DNA of 64,000 nucleotides, taken from NCBI RefSeq assembly GCF_009914755.1, contig NC_060931.1. One strand, given 5' to 3'. The DNA comes from the human T2T-CHM13v2.0 reference genome, Homo sapiens. Numbering within the stretch: the first letter of the stretch is position 1; every line of letters starts with the position of its first letter. Positions 12,937-28,050 of this stretch are shown piece by piece. Both the position numbers and the translations under genes were made by a program. A model generated the notes under the pieces. It ran no database searches. It saw nothing but the letters and a program-made list of their open reading frames with translations, and was not told the origin of the DNA.

Positions 12937-12967
<31 letters not shown>
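12937..12967. repeat. (TG)15 microsatellite
   Basis: Directly visible. Confidence 0.95.
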
Positions 12968-12970
<3 letters not shown>

Positions 12971-15900
12971 AAGCAAAAGAAAACACCTACTTGGTTTTTG
13001 AATACCTTTATTACATTCCCTGCTGATTCAGTGAACTTTTGATTAGCCTCCATGATTACTAACTTCATTTAGGAAAATATGTATGTGAGTGAAGGTTCAG
13101 TAATTATTTGAGACACTTGCAGATAGGAGGACTTTCAAAGACTGACTAAAGGTGTGAAGGCAGATCACAGTTTGTCCATTTTCTTTTGACTTTCTTTCGA
13201 GCTAATACCTGCTATTTAGGGAGAGGAAGCAAAGCAGTGGTTGGTAACTCACTTTTAAAATTCAATATGATTATCCTATGGAAGCAGACTGTACTTTCTC
13301 AAAGGCTAAAGGAAAGCAGTTCTGACTATTTCTTGGGTATTTTATTGGCTTTGCAAATCACATTAGCAGTTTTACATGTAGGTATTTAATCAGAAGCTTA
13401 TTCCAAAAGTATTTATGCAACTGGTCAGTCAAAAGCAAGAGAAACATAGTCTTGGAAGAAAAAGAAAATGCAGATGGTAAATGGCAAAGTTGATCCCAGA
13501 ATCTATGGCAACTACCAACGCCATGACCCAGAGACTTTCAGCATGTAGCTTGCATTTTGTTGTGACCTGAAACATTATGTATCTTAAAGTATGTTCTCAT
13601 AGCTTAAAGCTGATGGGTTGAGTGCATATACTCACTTAAGTTCTTAAGCAGACTAGCAGTGTTTTTTTTCAAGGTGTCTCGTAAATAATACTAGGAGGAG
13701 AAAATAGACATAAGTAAAAGTTGAAATCCATAAGAAAATTACCAAAGATTCCATGAAATAGAGTTTTGGCATCATGTAGATAAAATTTTTAGATAGTTAA
13801 GTGAACTTTCATATTTCCCACAGACTGTAGCCAATTTTCAAGACCATCAAATAAAAATTATACCAAATCTTAAGCGTTCAAATACTTAATTTAAAGAAAA
13901 GCATAAGTGAAATAAAATTGATTTTTAAAAATCAGGTAATTTCTTCATACAACACATGAGGCAGTAGGTTTAAATATTAAATTATTAATTTTTTTTATCT
14001 GACAGCAAATTTGGTTGAGCCTAGCTAAACATTCTGTACATTAGAACACATAATCCAGTGCAGGCCTTACAAAAAAAAAAAAGGCAAAACTAGCTTTTCT
14101 TTTTGCCAAAAACAATTTATACTTGGCCTCACAAAAATAGAAGCATAATTTTGAAATTAATTGATGTTATTAACTCCTCTGATATTTAGATTGAAATAAT
14201 TGTAAGGCTGTACAATTAAAACATTTTTCAGATTGTAGTTCTAACCGTGCTTAGACACGTAGTAAACAAATGCCCCACACATTTCACATCTAGTCAGTGA
14301 AACCCAGGTTTTGTCATGATTAAGATTCTCAAGAAAATAAGCTACGTGTGATTTTTTCAAATGTCCTAAAACGTGTCTTTCTTCGTTGTTGATTTGTGTG
14401 ATAATTATGCCTTGTTGACTTCTTTTGAACAGAACATATTAGTATTTTGTATCTAATTAATAGATTTAATAATCAATCACCTCTGGTACAACTACTGAGA
14501 ATTCCTCAAATGATAAACAGAGTTAATGTCTAAATAGAAACAATCTACCAGATTTATTCCAATTGTTTCTTGTATAGTTTATCGACCTCCTATGAATATT
14601 TACTGTATTGTGCCATATAGTTTAAAAATTATACAAAGAAATGGACTGAAAATGTAGCTCATATTAAAAAAAAGAATAACCTACTTAATATGCATATATA
14701 AAGCACTCATTTTCATTATTAATGCTACTAGCCAGGGGGTAAAGTATAAACACAATGTGACAAATATCTAATATCAGATAATGGTAAAATCTTACTTTAG
14801 TGAGAAACTTTAATATGTCCCCTAAGAGTTCACTAACTAATTATGTATAAAATAACCTGGGTTGGTGTTTTATTTGCTTGCAATTCCCATGTTCACTCTT
14901 TAGAGTAGTTGCTTATAAACAGCACGAAAGTCCAAAGATAGAAGGTGGTCAAAATAAGAATTGCCATTATAAAGTCCAAAGTTTTTCTCTCTCACAAGAC
15001 ATTGAATAATCAATGTTTTCCCTTACCATTAAAATTACACATCTGAGAGGTATCTATTTCCTTCTTTTCTCTTAATAACCCAATTACAGCTTAACTACCT
15101 AAGTAGTTTTAATGGATACATTTAGCATTGGACAGCTTTGGGGGAAATGAGTGGCTATTAAGTGTGTTTACTACTCCTTATTTGTATAAAATATACCTTT
15201 CAAGCATTTAAGGACACCCTCTAATTGTTGTATTGCAGGATTTGGTGATTCAGTCATTGTTCATCTTATCTATATTCTTCTTGGTTTCATAGGTTTGAAT
15301 TTGTTTCCTCTCAGCCTGCAAACTTTAGGACCAATCTTTCTATCGAAAAATCTTCCTATTTCTTTGTAATTTTAAATATTTCCTCCCCCGAATTTTCTCC
15401 ATTTACATTCAGTGTAGTAAAGGATGTCCCAATCAGAACAGCATAAAGTGGTTTGTCTGAGTGACAGCATCTGGTGGTTTTGCAGGAAAGAGTGTTTTCT
15501 GTTTTATTTTCAAATCTTCTGGATGACATCAGCATTCATGAGTTCTCTCAGTTGCAGACACATCTGGCTTAAGAGCCAGTAGTGTAAGGTACAGAAAAGT
15601 ACAAAATATTATTTAAGGGGAGAGAAAAAATTTTATTCTGATTCTCTTTTCACCAGTTTTAGAGCCAGAATACGATTTAGAGTCTATGCACATATAGTCC
15701 AACAATATAAAATGTGAGGATATTTTACATTTTAGGGTTCCAGAGGGCCAAATATGATACAAATATAATCCTTAGCTAATCATTGAATGAATGATTGAAT
15801 GAAGCATTGTACCACAGTCTCGTCTAGCCAAATACTATGGTCAAGTGATTACTATGCCATAGGAGGAAAATATGTATTGATAAAAATATCCCTCCATATT

Positions 15901-16874
15901 CTCTCTTTGCTTTTTGCTTCAGTTGTTTCCACATGCTCTCTTTTTTTCAGATATAGATTCTTAGATTAGATGATGCCAAGATCAAAGCCTAAGTACTTAG
16001 CTCTTTAATGCTTGAGCAGATTTGGCTGAATCCAGGCAGATATTCTGTGCATTGGTAGAAACAGTACTAGATCAGAAACACGGTATAGATCATCTCAATT
16101 AAACAAATTACAATGATTGTATAGAGAGGAGAACCTGGAAAATTGAATGAAAAGGTCTTTATGGAGGAAAAATAGAACCATATACTCAAATTTAATTGTT
16201 ACACAGAAGCCTTCAAGGGCATCAGGAAGTCAGCGTATATGTCTAGCTTTTGGAGAAGAGATGACAGCCTGCTGGGATAACTTGCAACAGATAAAGAGAT
16301 GGATGGAAACAGGGTAGGGGTTCACTGGCTTGGGCAGCTCCCCCTGGTGAGGGAAAAAGAAACACTTCAATTCCTCCCTCTTCTTCATAGGTGAAGGAAC
16401 ATTTCTCTAGTTTCTTATGGAAAGGGAATAAAAGGGGAGAGAAGGACAAACAGGGATGACTCTACTTTACTCCATCTCCTATATTATCCTTTTACCCTCA
16501 CATAAAATGAGACAGTAGAATTTAGAGTAGGGCAATGAATAGGTTATTTTAGAACAGCATCAAGAAAGATAGTGGGATATAAAGGGTAAAACTGAAAATA
16601 TTGGAGATATAGAAAAATTGGGGAAATGAATGGAAGTACAGATATATCAACTCTTGCAGAAGGAAAAATAAAGGTAAGGAAAACAAGAAAATAATCTTTG
16701 AAGCAAAATGAAAATGCAAGGCTGAAGTCTGACTGAAAATCCACTCCATCCTATGAGGGAGTTGCTGGCTGGCTGGCTGGCCATTCTATCACTCATTCCC
16801 TTAGGGCCCGCTGCCTCCTATCCCTCTGCATGGACCAGACAAAGACCTAAACTCAATCCCTAAATGCCTCACAA

Positions 16875-17126
16875 GTTTAAGAGCTTGGATTCTGGAGTCT
16901 GCCTTGGGTTTTCATCCCAGGTCTGCCACTTTGCCACCTGTGTCATCTTGGACAATTGATTTAACCTTTCTGTGCTTGAGAATCCTGATCTATAAATGGG
17001 GGTAATCTAAAGCACTTAGCGCCTAGGGACAATTGGGAGAATTAAAAAGAGAGAATGTGTTAAGAAGGCCTAGCATAGTTTCTGGCTTATAATAAATGTT
17101 CACTAAATGCCAGTTAGTATTATTAT
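16875..17126 (+). mobile_element. MIR SINE
   Basis: gtttaagagcttggattctggagtc...tgtgtcatcttggacaattgatttaacctttctgtgc...ctataaatggggg...taaatg. Confidence 0.85.
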
Positions 17127-20100
17127 GCTCTTCATTGAACAGATATACTTTAAGAAGAGTTGCTCTCCCCCACACCTTGAAATTAGTGGCATAGACACTT
17201 GGTCAGAAATTCAAGTTGTTAACCTCACTCTTCACGTCTGTGAAGGACACTGCCTTCCTTTACAGAGGACCAATGGATTTCAGCTGTGCCTGCTTCTCAC
17301 CAGTGGACAGCTCTCTGCCAGTTTCCCCAAGATTTCCTTTTAGTCATCTCCAGCTGAGCCTACCCTGGTACATTCTGTGCTACTTTTACAACTCCATAAG
17401 CCAAGAAAACAAAACACACACAAGTGGGCTCACAAGCTGAGAACTGCAAGCAGAAGTGATTGGAACCCACATGCCTGCAGGCACCAAAGCTGCAAATACC
17501 ACCTTGTTCTAAAGTTGTGCCCGAGGTCACAGAGAATCCCGAGAAAGGCTCCTGTTTCAGCCATAAATCTCCCAGCACTCACATTCATCCCCGGACACAT
17601 TAGGTACATTTGCCTCAACCAGCAGATTGAAAATCTGGAGCCCAGAAAACAAACAGTTCCTTGCTAAAGGCAAAATAAACAGATTTCTATTGGAAAGGGG
17701 AATTTTTCCAGAGTTTTTCTGCTATCCCTTGCCTAAAAACACATCCAAGTTGGTAGGTACTACAGACAGATGAAAATGTACTTTCCTCAAGGGTTTTGCA
17801 CATTCTCAAAGCAGAGGACAAGGTCAAATGGGAAACAGGGAAATGCCATTTTGAACAAGGTCCTTCACACAAGTAGATATCTGGAGATTTTTCAGGGAAA
17901 GATCCGGGGTGAGTGCATCAGTTTCACACCCTGGAGGTTTCTTATTTTTGAAAAAGGTACAGGTAAAGAAGTTGGCCTATAATCATGTTTATGTTTATAC
18001 AGAGGGTCAAACTGGTCAAGGGGCTGCATTTGCTTAATAGGCCCACTTAGGGTTGGAGAGGAAGGCCCTGCTTTAGAAATGAGCCCTTTTTTTGTAGGTT
18101 CCTGCCAGTGAGACAATAGTAACCCAATTAAACAATTCCCGAGAAAGCCAGGAGCAATGAAGTGAAAACCAATGAGGTGAAAGCCACTTGGATCATTCAG
18201 GGTGAGGCTGCCAAATCAGACATAGAGAGCCCTGAAGAGAAAACATTTTAATGAGGAGAAAGTCCTTGCAACAGACCTCTGTCCTCAACTTTCAATTCTA
18301 CCTGGAACCATTATTAGACAAGTGGTCTGAGAAGTTTATGCATTTGAAGAGGGTGAGGCTCCTCACCTGGGAACTCAAACCAAACTTTCATGCTCATTGC
18401 TAAGAACAAATAAATTTTAAAAACCCAAACAAACAAAAACCTAGAAAAGTTTCCTGCCTATCCCACTTTACATGATTTCATCATTAGCTTTCACTAGTTG
18501 ATTTTTCCTGGTTGATCCCATCTGGCAGCACAGGTTGCTGATTATAATTGCCCTCTCATACTTCTCCACTCACGGACCCTCTCTATATGCAACACCTCTG
18601 TGTGAGCCTAAGACATTCCCCTGATACATCACAACTCATAGCTCCCAGCCGCATCCCCAAGCTGGCCTGTCCTCAGAAGCCAACAGATGACTTTCAAAGC
18701 CCAGATCCAAATAGTCTGTTCTGAGATATGCATGGGGCCTGGGTAGTTAGGCTGGTCCACTGCAGGGGGATGGAAATGGCATTTAGGAACCAACTATGAT
18801 TGTGGGGTGGCAGGGGCATGCAAAGATGCCAGCAGTACTCTCTAAGGCTGATCTATACCAAACGCAGAGTAGAGTCAGAGTGATGACACAGGATTACTTG
18901 AGAAAGGTTCAGACTGAGGTGTGGGAGCCTGGAGGATGCAGGAAAATTCCCTATCATAATGGAAATCATACTTCTGGCTCCTGTTAGCGACAGAAATGCT
19001 ATTGCTCTGTGGCAGTGAGAACATTCTCATGGTGCTCATGGTGTGTCAGGCAATCCACGAAGCATCATGGCTGCCATTCACAGCTTTGTCTCAGTTGCGT
19101 CTGTACCACCTCAAGAGACAGGGCAGCTCACACGTGAGCAGGAGCTCCTTTCAATAGACAAGGTCTTGTTCTTTCTACTTTCTACTAAATGACTCATAAA
19201 AGCATTTTGGAATTGGGGGAAGAAGTCATGCAAAAAGAATTTGTACTTTGCAACACTTTCTTCACTGAGGGCATAACAGATTCTAAATAGAAAGCAGTGG
19301 TGCAAAGCAGGGCAAAGTCTGCTTACCAGAAAAGACTCAGTGTGAAAATAAAATTTTGCTTCCACTCACATGCAGGAAATGGGCCTTGGTATTTCATTCA
19401 CCTTTTCATTCAGCCTCTGTGCCCTCATCTTGACAGCAGATGGGAGTCAAGGGTATATGAAGAGGTAATACCAGCACCAGAGCAGCAACAATGGAGCCAA
19501 TTGCATTAGGGTAAACTGTCCTATAAGACGTGACTAGAGCCCTAGGAATAAATTTCAAGAAGATAACATGACATGACCACTGAGTGTTCTCTTAGCATTT
19601 GTTTTACATTCACAAGTGACATACCATGGTCCACAGCAGTTAACTGTGAAGTTAAGAAAGGGGCACTTATGAAAGTTCATAATTTAATATATAGGTAGAA
19701 AATAATTTTCCAAATATAACCTTTAGAATATAAATATAAGCTTCATTTACCCTTATCATTGACTGCACCTAATGAAAATTCTTCCCCATAATTCCTGAGA
19801 AGTTTCAGAATGTCAAATGAAGTAATAAAATGCCAAAAATCACTCAGGAGCAATATCAAAACCAACAGTTTGTTATTAGTTGTTGTTTATGTCACATGTA
19901 ATGATACTTTGTTCCCTTCATCCTTGGTGGCAGTGTACACATGGTGCTATCAGACACAAGGTAAGGAATCAACTGGTGAGAATAAAGCAAACAGATAACC
20001 ACTGAAACGTTTTTGAGACTCTGATGTGTAATATTATCTTCTGTATTCTGATAAACTCTATACTATCAAACTTCTCCACTCACAGACTTTTCCTAAAAGC

Positions 20101-21107
20101 TTAGTCATATAAAAGTGAACCCATGTCATAAGTACAAAAAAAAAAAAATCCTGAGCCCATTAGGTTCCTTGAGATATGAATTTTTTAAAAGCTTAAGATG
20201 TGAATTCACTTGTATTGGTGACAAGTTTGTGTGTTTAGGCACTCTACATCATCTCCCAAATCAGCCTCTAGAACTTTAATATATGAATCTGGTACGAGTT
20301 CCCTGGCTAAGTCACAATGTCTGCAAGGACATTTCACCAAAACACTTCACCAGAATATAGGCAGAAACCAGCTCTGACCTTCAGCATGTGTGTGCTGCGG
20401 TTCCTTTATGAGCGTGCTGTTTTACGGTGGAGATGCTAGAAGCGGGGCCAAAGTCATGAAAAATCCGTTGCTGTCCTCTCAGTGATTCTGTACTCACTCC
20501 AAACCTGGGTTTTGTCTTTAATTTCTCTTTAACGAACCACAGCCAAGGAGCAGCTGGTACTGTTTACTCACTTGCTGCACCTGTAGTTCTGCTTTGCAAG
20601 ACACAGAAATGGATTTTCTCCACAAAACATGAATTTCTAAAGCCTGGATTTTGCCCCATCTTTTCATGGGCGCACAATACATCAAGAGCAGGAAATGGGA
20701 AAATGGCATAATTAACGGGCTGTTAAGACGCTTCTATTTTGCTTGCCTTTAAAATTAATCTCTTCCTGCTCACTACTCAGTGATGAAAACATCTTCCTCC
20801 GAAGATGAATTAGCTGGAATTAACTGCAAGTGCATCAAGACATCTAAGGTTTATAACGTAACTACCTTGAACTACCTGTTCCTGGTGAACCTGAAGAGTA
20901 GCTGGAAGCCCATACTGCCCTCTGGATTACCCAGTTTATGTCAAAAATGATTTCTGAGTCTGCCATTCCAAACACCCACATGCAAATGGAAGCAGTTTGA
21001 CCATTAGCACTGAGTTAAAGAACAGTGTTTGTGGAATTTTCAGTTCCTTGGATGTGCCTTCATAATTTCAGAAGCTGAAGCTTGAATGTTGCCCGAGTCA
21101 GTCACTG

Positions 21108-21430
21108 TTTCAACAATCATTTATTGAGCACTCAGGTTCTTTGATTCTGAGGTCTGTGGAAACAGAAATGCTCCTGGTTTTCAAGGAACTTACAGTCAAG
21201 CTATGAGGACAAAAGATGGTGCCCAGAGTAATTACAGTGCCTGTGTAAATAGTAATTTTATGTACAGCAGGATTTGAGGGATAAGATAAACGTGACAAAA
21301 TAGTTGGAAAAGCCTTAATGTAAGAAGTGGGGCAGGCCTTTGTATGACAGCATTTGGAGAGGTGCAGAGTAAGATGTGGGACCTTTGAGGAGGGGGCACA
21401 GCAAGAGTGAAGTCATGGAGGGCCCCACAG
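21108..21430 (-). mobile_element. L2 LINE 3' fragment
   Basis: ttcaacaatcatttattgagcact is the reverse L2 3' terminus, followed by tcaaggaacttacagtc. Confidence 0.7.
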
Positions 21431-21732
21431 CACACCACACATCACCAGGCAATACTAGTAAGCAAATATTTACTTATTGAGGTGAGCTAAAATTAAAGCA
21501 TACTTTATGGCTAGATCCTTGGTTTTTGGCTTCTGAAATGTAATCTCTAATTCTGCCTATTTTAGAACTCTATTTCTCACTGCTTATTAAGATATTTTCA
21601 CCCGAATTGCTTACATACCCTAACCTCACTGTGAGCAGGATAAATGTATCATCTTTTCTTTCTAAGCACCTTCTTGAGGTTTTCTTTCATTGGTTTTGAC
21701 AATAGTATTCTCCAGTGTCATAATCTCTGTGG

Positions 21733-22010
21733 CTGCTTGGTCCAGTAATGGGAGCCACCAGCCACATGTGCCTAGTGAGCACTTAAAACGTGTCTAGTGC
21801 CACAAGAGAATATTTTGGCTATATTGGACTAAATAAATATTATTAATTTAACGTATTTTTATTTTTTTACTAGAAAATTTAAAGTTATATACACATATAT
21901 ATATAATGGCTCCCATTATATTTAAAGTCACATTTAAATATAAATATATTTATATTTAAAGTTACATTTAGATGTAATGACTCCCATTATATTTCTATCA
22001 GACAGCCCTG
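21733..22010 (-). mobile_element. MER33-like hAT-Charlie element with internal deletion and insertion
   Basis: gccaccagccacatgtgcctagtgagcactt...ctagaaaatttaaag...cattatatttctatcagacagccctg. Confidence 0.8.
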
Positions 22011-22124
22011 CCATGGGATCTGACTATCTGGATTCATACCTAGATAAAGCTAAGGCTTGATCATGTAATTTTTCTTCTTCCTCCTATAATTCAGGCATGC
22101 ATTCATTTATTCATTTAAGGTAGG

Positions 22125-22225
22125 TGCTTTCATTTTCCACATTTTACAAACAAGGAAACTGAAGTGAATAGAGGTCATACGGCTGATGAAGTGTGCTGTA
22201 GAATTTGAACTCGGGCAATCTGACA
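22125..22225 (-). mobile_element. MIR core fragment
   Basis: cattttacaaacaaggaaactgaag...gaatttgaactcgggcaatctgac. Confidence 0.7.
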
Positions 22226-22239
22226 TACACCCACATGTT

Positions 22240-22930
<691 letters not shown>

Positions 22931-25900
22931 TTAGTCCTCCTCCCCTTTGTAATTTTGAATTATAATTCATGGTGTAATGAAACATAGTTCCTGACTTGAA
23001 CATTCAAGATCCTGCACAATTTGGTCTCAAGCTGCCTTCTAAGTTTTCTACTTGTTTGCTTAACATACACTTTGCTCCACCAAACTGGATTACATACATA
23101 ACCTTGATATTAGTTGCATTCTCTATACACTTGAAGATTGAGGTAAAAGGGATCTGACCTACCATGCCACGAAATGTGGAATCTGTGGCTTTCTCTAAGA
23201 TTTATAGAAATTTGTGGGGTAAAGCAGAGAAAAGGGTTACATTATCAGAATAACTTCAATTATTAAAAACTTTCAATTTCCACAGATACATAAAAAAGCT
23301 CTGCCAGCCATTAACAGATGGCAATAGCAATTACTTGTGTGGAGTCACTTTGGATTTATGCACAGTTAGGGATTTTGGTTACCTAAGCTGTTTGTAACTA
23401 GAGGAGCATCTGTGATTAGTTTACAGCTCCACTTACCTTCCTGCTAATGTGGTCCCTCTATTACAATTAGTTAACCCAGTCATGGAATTCAGTTCTCTTT
23501 CTTAATTTTGAGGAAAAAAAAAAAGAAAGAAAAAAACTACAAAACCCAAACAAAAACAAAACAAAAATACCATGACCAAAGCATCCCACCTACACAAGAC
23601 ATTTAGTAGAGGAAATGAAATACAGAGGTCTGGGGAGAAGGAAGTACTCCCACTACAGGAATGAAATAATTAACATTTCCGGTTAGATATACCTGTTGCA
23701 GACTGTCTCTCAGTTTTAGCTTTAGCCTCACATCTCTTTCATACTTTCTCTCTTCTTTTCCTCTCGTCCTCCTAGTGGCAAATCCCAAATCTCACATTTC
23801 CTTAACCAGAGTAATTCAGCTCTCTCCAGCTCCTAGCCCAGCTGCAGTTTCAGGGTCCCCTCTGCATACCTCTGCTCATCCAGAGCCCTAGCAAAATAAA
23901 AGGGATCCTCCTTCTTTAGAAGGCAACTATGACTATGAGCCTTTGCTACACAAACTCTTCTTCCAAAGTGTTTGCTTCTCCTCTGTTTCTTGCTCAATTA
24001 AATTCAAGGAAGCAGGACTCCATTTCACCTTCCCCATCTGAACATATTCTCCTCGACAGCCCTTACACTGCTATGGAGACCTCCATTCTTCTTTGTGTTA
24101 GAGTTATTGTGCATTTGTTTCACATACTTCCTATCTGATTGAAAATCATTTGATGATAGATTCTATGTGTCTTATACGAATCACCATCTTGGTACAAATT
24201 GGTTAAGCTGACCTCAAGTGTGTACACATGGAAAGAATAAACTACCCATATACACTTCTCTTATTTCATTTTGGGTAAACCTACAAGGTGATCCCTAGAA
24301 TGACCTTCTTTGGAGATGAAAATGGTGAATCAATAATTCTGTAATCATATATCTGAAATCCTATCTAGGCTTGTTATGCCTCATAAGTGGATTTCAGATT
24401 TGCATGGGAAACAGATTGTGCTTTGCTGCTGCATTTACCCAGTGGATCTGCTAATAATTTAGGAAGTTTGGCAAATATGATGCAGTGTAACTTGTAATAT
24501 TTATTTGCTCTCTCGGCTGTGATTTTAATCCCCTAAATAACAAGCTCAGACAACATATTATTGATACGCTTTGTGCTATTTATCAATATTTACTTAGATT
24601 TATTTTGGAAAAAATCCAAATGGGGGCTATTTAACATAACTGAGCATTAAAACTATTTGATTTGGTATTCACTGTTTTTGAAAATACATATTAAACAAAC
24701 AGAACAGTAATTGATGCAAACCTGTTTGCTCCTGTCTATAATACAAGATTAGAAAAGGCAGTTTCCTCATTCAGGAAAACATTAGTTAGTTAAAATACCA
24801 TTTGTTTTCTTTCTTTTATTTGAAAGTACATTTTAAACAAGTCAAAGAGATACCAAGTGGCCTGTCAGTTAACTTGATACTAAAGAACAATACATGGTTT
24901 GTATCTTATTTCCAGTTATTGCACAGTAAGCATGTGGCCCTGTGCGTCCCTTCTTGTTGACAAATACTCTTTCTATCTAGACTTTGAAAAATACTAAGCA
25001 GAGCCATATTAATGAAAACATATTTCATAGCTTAATCACTTGAGCTCTGTAAAATGTGTTTGGGTGGAACATTTTTGATTGTTTCAAAATCTCTGTGGGC
25101 TTATTATGACATAAAGAAATAGCACAAGGTAGAGATGATTTACATTTGGCAGTAATACACTGGGGAGTTGCACTGGAGAAGTGGGGTCCTATCTTGGACC
25201 TCACATAGTGGTAGCAAGCAGTGTTTGAAATTCGAAACCCTGCTTCTGGGTTAGACACACTTGGTCATCCTTTCTTCTCATCTACAAAGTAGCACAAGCA
25301 CAGAGCCTAATATTTTCAGTTCATGATGCTATCCCCAGGCTTTAAAAATGTGCCTGAAACATAATAAACCCTCTATAAACATTTTCTAAGTTGATAAAAT
25401 CTAATTCACTCATTCCACTATTATTTTTTGATTATTCCTCTGTTATAACATGTAACTAATCCTGTATTATTAAAGCCATTTTTGTATTTTTCTCTTTTCT
25501 AGAGGAAAATCACTAGATATCTTCTGACCTGTATACATCCATCGTAAAAACCTCATGAAGACTTTTAAAACATCCGATAATTTTCTTCCCATCTATGTCT
25601 TTGACTAATCTGTACATCAGACTATGCAGTCAAGAATTATTTGAGTTAGTGTGAATTGACTCTGGAATGCAGACATCAAAGATGTCTCAAAGTTAGACTC
25701 CTGGGCTTCAGTTTGACGAGAGGAAGAACATGACCTGTCATTCCTCTTTCTTTTCTTAGGAAGTAATATATATATAGAAGGAGTAGTTGTGGGAGGAGAA
25801 TATTCTTCAGAGATTTTCTTTATGTTCTTATCACATGGAGGTGTTGTTTACTTGAGCGCCACTAGAGTGTAGACTCTCACATGTTTTTCTTAAGGCCATT

Positions 25901-26592
25901 TTGTGGGATGAAAAAAAATGGCCCACTTAGTATCGCAGCTCCTATCTACCTGGTGTATGTCACGTTTCAACTCTCTGTTCAGGGTTGAGCTTTAGTCAGA
26001 ACACTGAACTGGAACTTTCAGTAAACTGGGATAATGTACAAAGGTCAGTTTACAAATTTAGTAATCATAAACAACTCAGTTAGTTGGCTATATGTATATG
26101 GCTTTAAATCAAGGTGACACTCAGTATTAACCATCACAAATCATAAGTGAAAACTAAAACTTATGGAATAGAGAGCCACGCAGAACAGTGAAAAAAGACT
26201 TCCAATCTTAGATCCATTTTGGTCCATCAGTAGGTCCCTCACAATTCATTAATGGGCTTTAGGTCGAGTTTTAATACTCTCTGCTCTAAAGGTGAAAGAA
26301 ACCCACACTCATACCCAGCAATCTTTTTCTGTTGCTCTGGCTGGGCAGAAAAAGAGGAAGAGACATGTGTTACTTAACTGCATTTCTCACGAAGAATAAA
26401 TACTTCACTGGCCTAGGATTTAGATTCATCAAAAAACTGATTAGTATTATTGTATTGGAGAGCCAGCTGCTGCTTCAAATAAATGTTAAGTGAGGAATAA
26501 AAATTGTTTCATAATATGATCCTGATGTCATTTATTTTATATTAAGTGCTTATCTCTTGAAATTTTAACTTTTGAACTTTCTACTGTTCTGT

Positions 26593-26822
26593 TTTCCCGG
26601 CTCTCCCTCAATTTATATGTATGTGTATATACTGTATATACACATATATATGTGTGTACATACAAATATGTACTTATATATTTATATAATGTATAAATGT
26701 AAATATATAAAAATATATAAATTTATATTTATAGGTATACATATGTGTGTATATATACAAATATATATGTAAACTAATATATAAAAATAAGTATATATAT
26801 GTAGATATAGTACATATAATAC
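26593..26822. repeat. (TA)-rich low-complexity tract
   Basis: Directly visible degenerate TA/TG repeat. Confidence 0.9.
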
Positions 26823-26824
26823 TG

Positions 26825-26916
26825 TGCATTAAATTCTTTCTCTATTCAAATTCCCCTGTCTTGATACATTGGCTCTATCTGGGCAGGGGGCAAGAAGATC
26901 TCCTTGGGTGGTTACA
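26825..26916 (+). mobile_element. ERV1 LTR 3'-end fragment (MER34/MER39-group-like)
   Basis: ttctttctctattcaaattcccctgtcttgatacattggctctatctgggcagg..caagaagatc..ttgggtggttaca. Family name uncertain. Confidence 0.6.
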
Positions 26917-27319
26917 TGTCTTCCCAGTGCTTTTAGGAAAATGTCTAAATTCCTTAGTGTGTTTAAAGGCCCTGAGCAATCAGACCTAACGGCTCTAGCT
27001 TCCACTTTAGTCACGTCTAGTGAATAATCTAGGTAAACTGAATCTCTTTCAGTGCCTTGCAAGCAGATATCATGCAACTATCTGCCCTCCTCAACCAGAA
27101 TTTTTGATTTTTAAAAATTTTAAATTATTAGGAGCTATTATATTTATATGCTGTTGTTCACCATAATTCACACAATGTTGAAATCAACGAACGATTATAA
27201 CTATGGATTTTCTATCCTGAATTCTTTATACTGATCCATCTTTTGGCTGGCTGCATTGTAAAATTCAGAAAGATTATGAAAAAAGGGACCTATGTGCTGT
27301 ATACTTGTTTGAGAATGTC

Positions 27320-28050
27320 TGTTGGTTGATATATAATCTTCATATACCCTTGCAAAATAATTTGGATGAATACAAAATACTTGGGTCAAATTTACTTTAC
27401 CTCAAACTTTAGTAGACATTATTCTATGGTCCAATATTGACTGTTGCTACCACAAAAGTCTAGGTTCACCTGGCACTTATTCCTCCTGAAATGCACATAT
27501 AATTTCATGTTCTGGAAAATTATAATAATTTACTGGGATTCACCTTAATGTTTATTTTATATCAGATTTTTTAGATCCATCTCTTTTTATTTGTAAGCTT
27601 AAATGTGACAATTTCAGGACAGTTTTCTATTTCATTTATTAATGCATTTTCTTCCTTGAAAACATCAATTATACATGTGTGAGGTATACCATGTTTCTTA
27701 CATGTATCTTCTTCATACAATTTTTTTCTTTTTATATTTCTTTCATATATTTGTTTCCTTAAGCCTATATTGTCTTTTTTATTTTTAAAAATATTTTAAT
27801 GCTACTTTTATTGCCTTTACTATTGCTTTTAGAATGATTGTGCTTTTTCCTCTTCTCTTGCTTTTCCAAGCTCTGCCAGTTTCTATTTTGTGTTTTTTTG
27901 TCTTGTAATTTCGTCTTTAAAATCTAGTAGGTACTTTTTAAAGATTTTTTTTAAAGAAATTATGTTTCTCTGAATTTTTTGAAGCTGAAATACTATATGT
28001 TTAACTTATTTTTTATGGTACTTTTCTCCTTCGCATGTATTTATTTATGG
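27320..28050 (-). mobile_element. Highly degraded L1M fragments
   Basis: T-rich sequence; aataatttggatgaatacaaaatacttgggtcaaatt resembles antisense L1 ORF1. Confidence 0.55.

Noticed and set aside
20518-20709. 63-aa minus-strand ORF crossing a donor-like site, as a coding first exon
   Set aside because: No recognisable protein similarity in the frames read; kept only as a regulatory candidate.
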